Shown here: positions 19,666 through 20,302 of the stretch, piece after piece
Layout: every line of letters begins with the position of its first letter
Numbering within the stretch: position 1 is the stretch's first letter
Assembly (NCBI GenBank): GCA_043228905.1
Contig: JBHGNT010000573.1
Coordinates: 1 to 20,302, forward strand
Source: Azolla caroliniana
Lineage: Eukaryota > Plantae > Polypodiophyta
Direction: 5' to 3'
Length of the DNA stretch: 20,302 nucleotides
Made by a program: the position numbers and the translations under genes
Notes under the pieces: generated by a model
Told to the model about the DNA's origin: nothing
Databases searched by the model: none
The model's input: the letters and a program-made list of their open reading frames with translations, nothing else

Positions 19666-20302
19666 TTAGGAGCGACGAATACAAGCACGAGGGCGAAGAT
19701 CGCACTGTTGGAGTAGGCGGGAGGCGGCGACGCCTAGAGCTCTTTCCTCGTCATCGGCCTTGAATTGGCGACGTTGTTGACGTTCGTCCTCTTGTCGTCG
19801 AGACATGCGGTGGCGGCGTTCGTCACCCTCTCGTCGCTCACGGCTGCTATCTCTCTCGCGCTCCTCGTCCTCTTCCTCCCAGCTACGGTGTTCCCTTGAT
19901 TGTTGGCCATGGCGTCGGCCTTCATCATTGCGTCGTTCCTCCTCGTCAGCATACAAGGCATCACGTAGGCGATCGCATCGATCTTCGGCGGGGATTCGTT
20001 CGACGTTCCTGCAGCACCGTTCCGAGGGTCTTGAGTATCGAGTGTTTTCGATCCATGGGGAGCGACGTCCTTGTTCACCTTCCTCTCTTTCGGAGCGCTC
20101 TTGTAGCTCTCGGATCTGCTTGTCGATGAAATCACCGCACTCTCGCCTCAGTTCCTCGTCACGTGGCTCATCGCGACCACGGCTACGACGTTCCCTTTCC
20201 TCTTCGGAGTCTCTCTTGTTGTCTCTGTAGCGGCGCCCCTCCTCAAGGAACCCCTCACGACGTCGACTCGCGCCTCTCGTCATCGCACTCCCCCTCTCGG
20301 CG
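19666..20302 (-). CDS. 2S albumin-like storage preproprotein, copy 13 (5' end cut by window edge; F261S; apparent 1-bp frameshift at 20266, so either a pseudogene or a sequence error)
   Basis: Same sequence with A>G at 19670 and an extra A at 20266 (cgtcgActcg versus cgtcgctcg). The 205-aa ORF in the track is an artefact of that frameshift. Confidence 0.7.
   Translation of the reverse strand, partial: AERGSAMTRGASRRREGFLEEGRRYRDNKRDSEEERERRSRGRDEPRDEELRRECGDFIDKQIRELQERSEREEGEQGRRSPWIENTRYSRPSERCCRNVERIPAEDRCDRLRDALYADEEERRNDEGRRHGQQSREHRSWEEEDEERERDSSRERREGDERRHRMSRRQEDERQQRRQFKADDEERALGVAASRLLQQCDLRPRACIRRS

Larger units (their letters stand above)
1..20302. repeat. Head-to-tail tandem gene array, 1655-bp unit (one unit 1641 bp), about 12.3 units
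   Basis: The sequence and the same set of ORFs recur every 1655 bp. CDS ends fall at 1475, 3130, 4785, 6440, 8095 and 9750, then 11391 after a 14-bp deletion, then 13046, 14701, 16356, 18011 and 19666. No flanking unique DNA is present. Confidence 0.99.

Noticed and set aside
1-20302. Whole window as a synthetic concatemer or transgene array
   Set aside because: No vector, marker, linker or adapter sequence was seen, and the unit-specific and shared variants fit a natural array better. An amplification artefact is not fully excluded without raw reads.

Overview
The whole window is a head-to-tail tandem array of a 1655-bp unit (about 12.3 units, with both window edges inside the array), and the units are nearly identical. 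Each unit carries one intronless minus-strand gene for a 261-aa secreted preproprotein that is very rich in Arg/Glu/Asp. Its C..CC-X9-xxC..LxxxC-X6-C skeleton places it among the plant 2S albumin (prolamin superfamily) storage proteins. An 869-bp spacer holds a TATA box, RY/Sph elements (CATGCA, CATGCATG) and ABRE/G-box ACGT cores, which is a seed/spore-maturation-type promoter. There are 11 complete gene copies and 2 copies cut by the window edges. I found only five variants: 9135 G>C, 10689 C>A, a 14-bp microhomology deletion near 10860, an F261S change shared by copies 10 and 13, and a 1-bp insertion at 20266. This looks like rDNA-style amplification and homogenisation of a complete storage-protein transcription unit. 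The protein is atypical: it appears to lack the C1/C5 disulfide pair, has an extra Cys in an N-terminal 13-aa repeat, and has long charged insertions. A land-plant origin, possibly non-angiosperm, is inferred and not shown.
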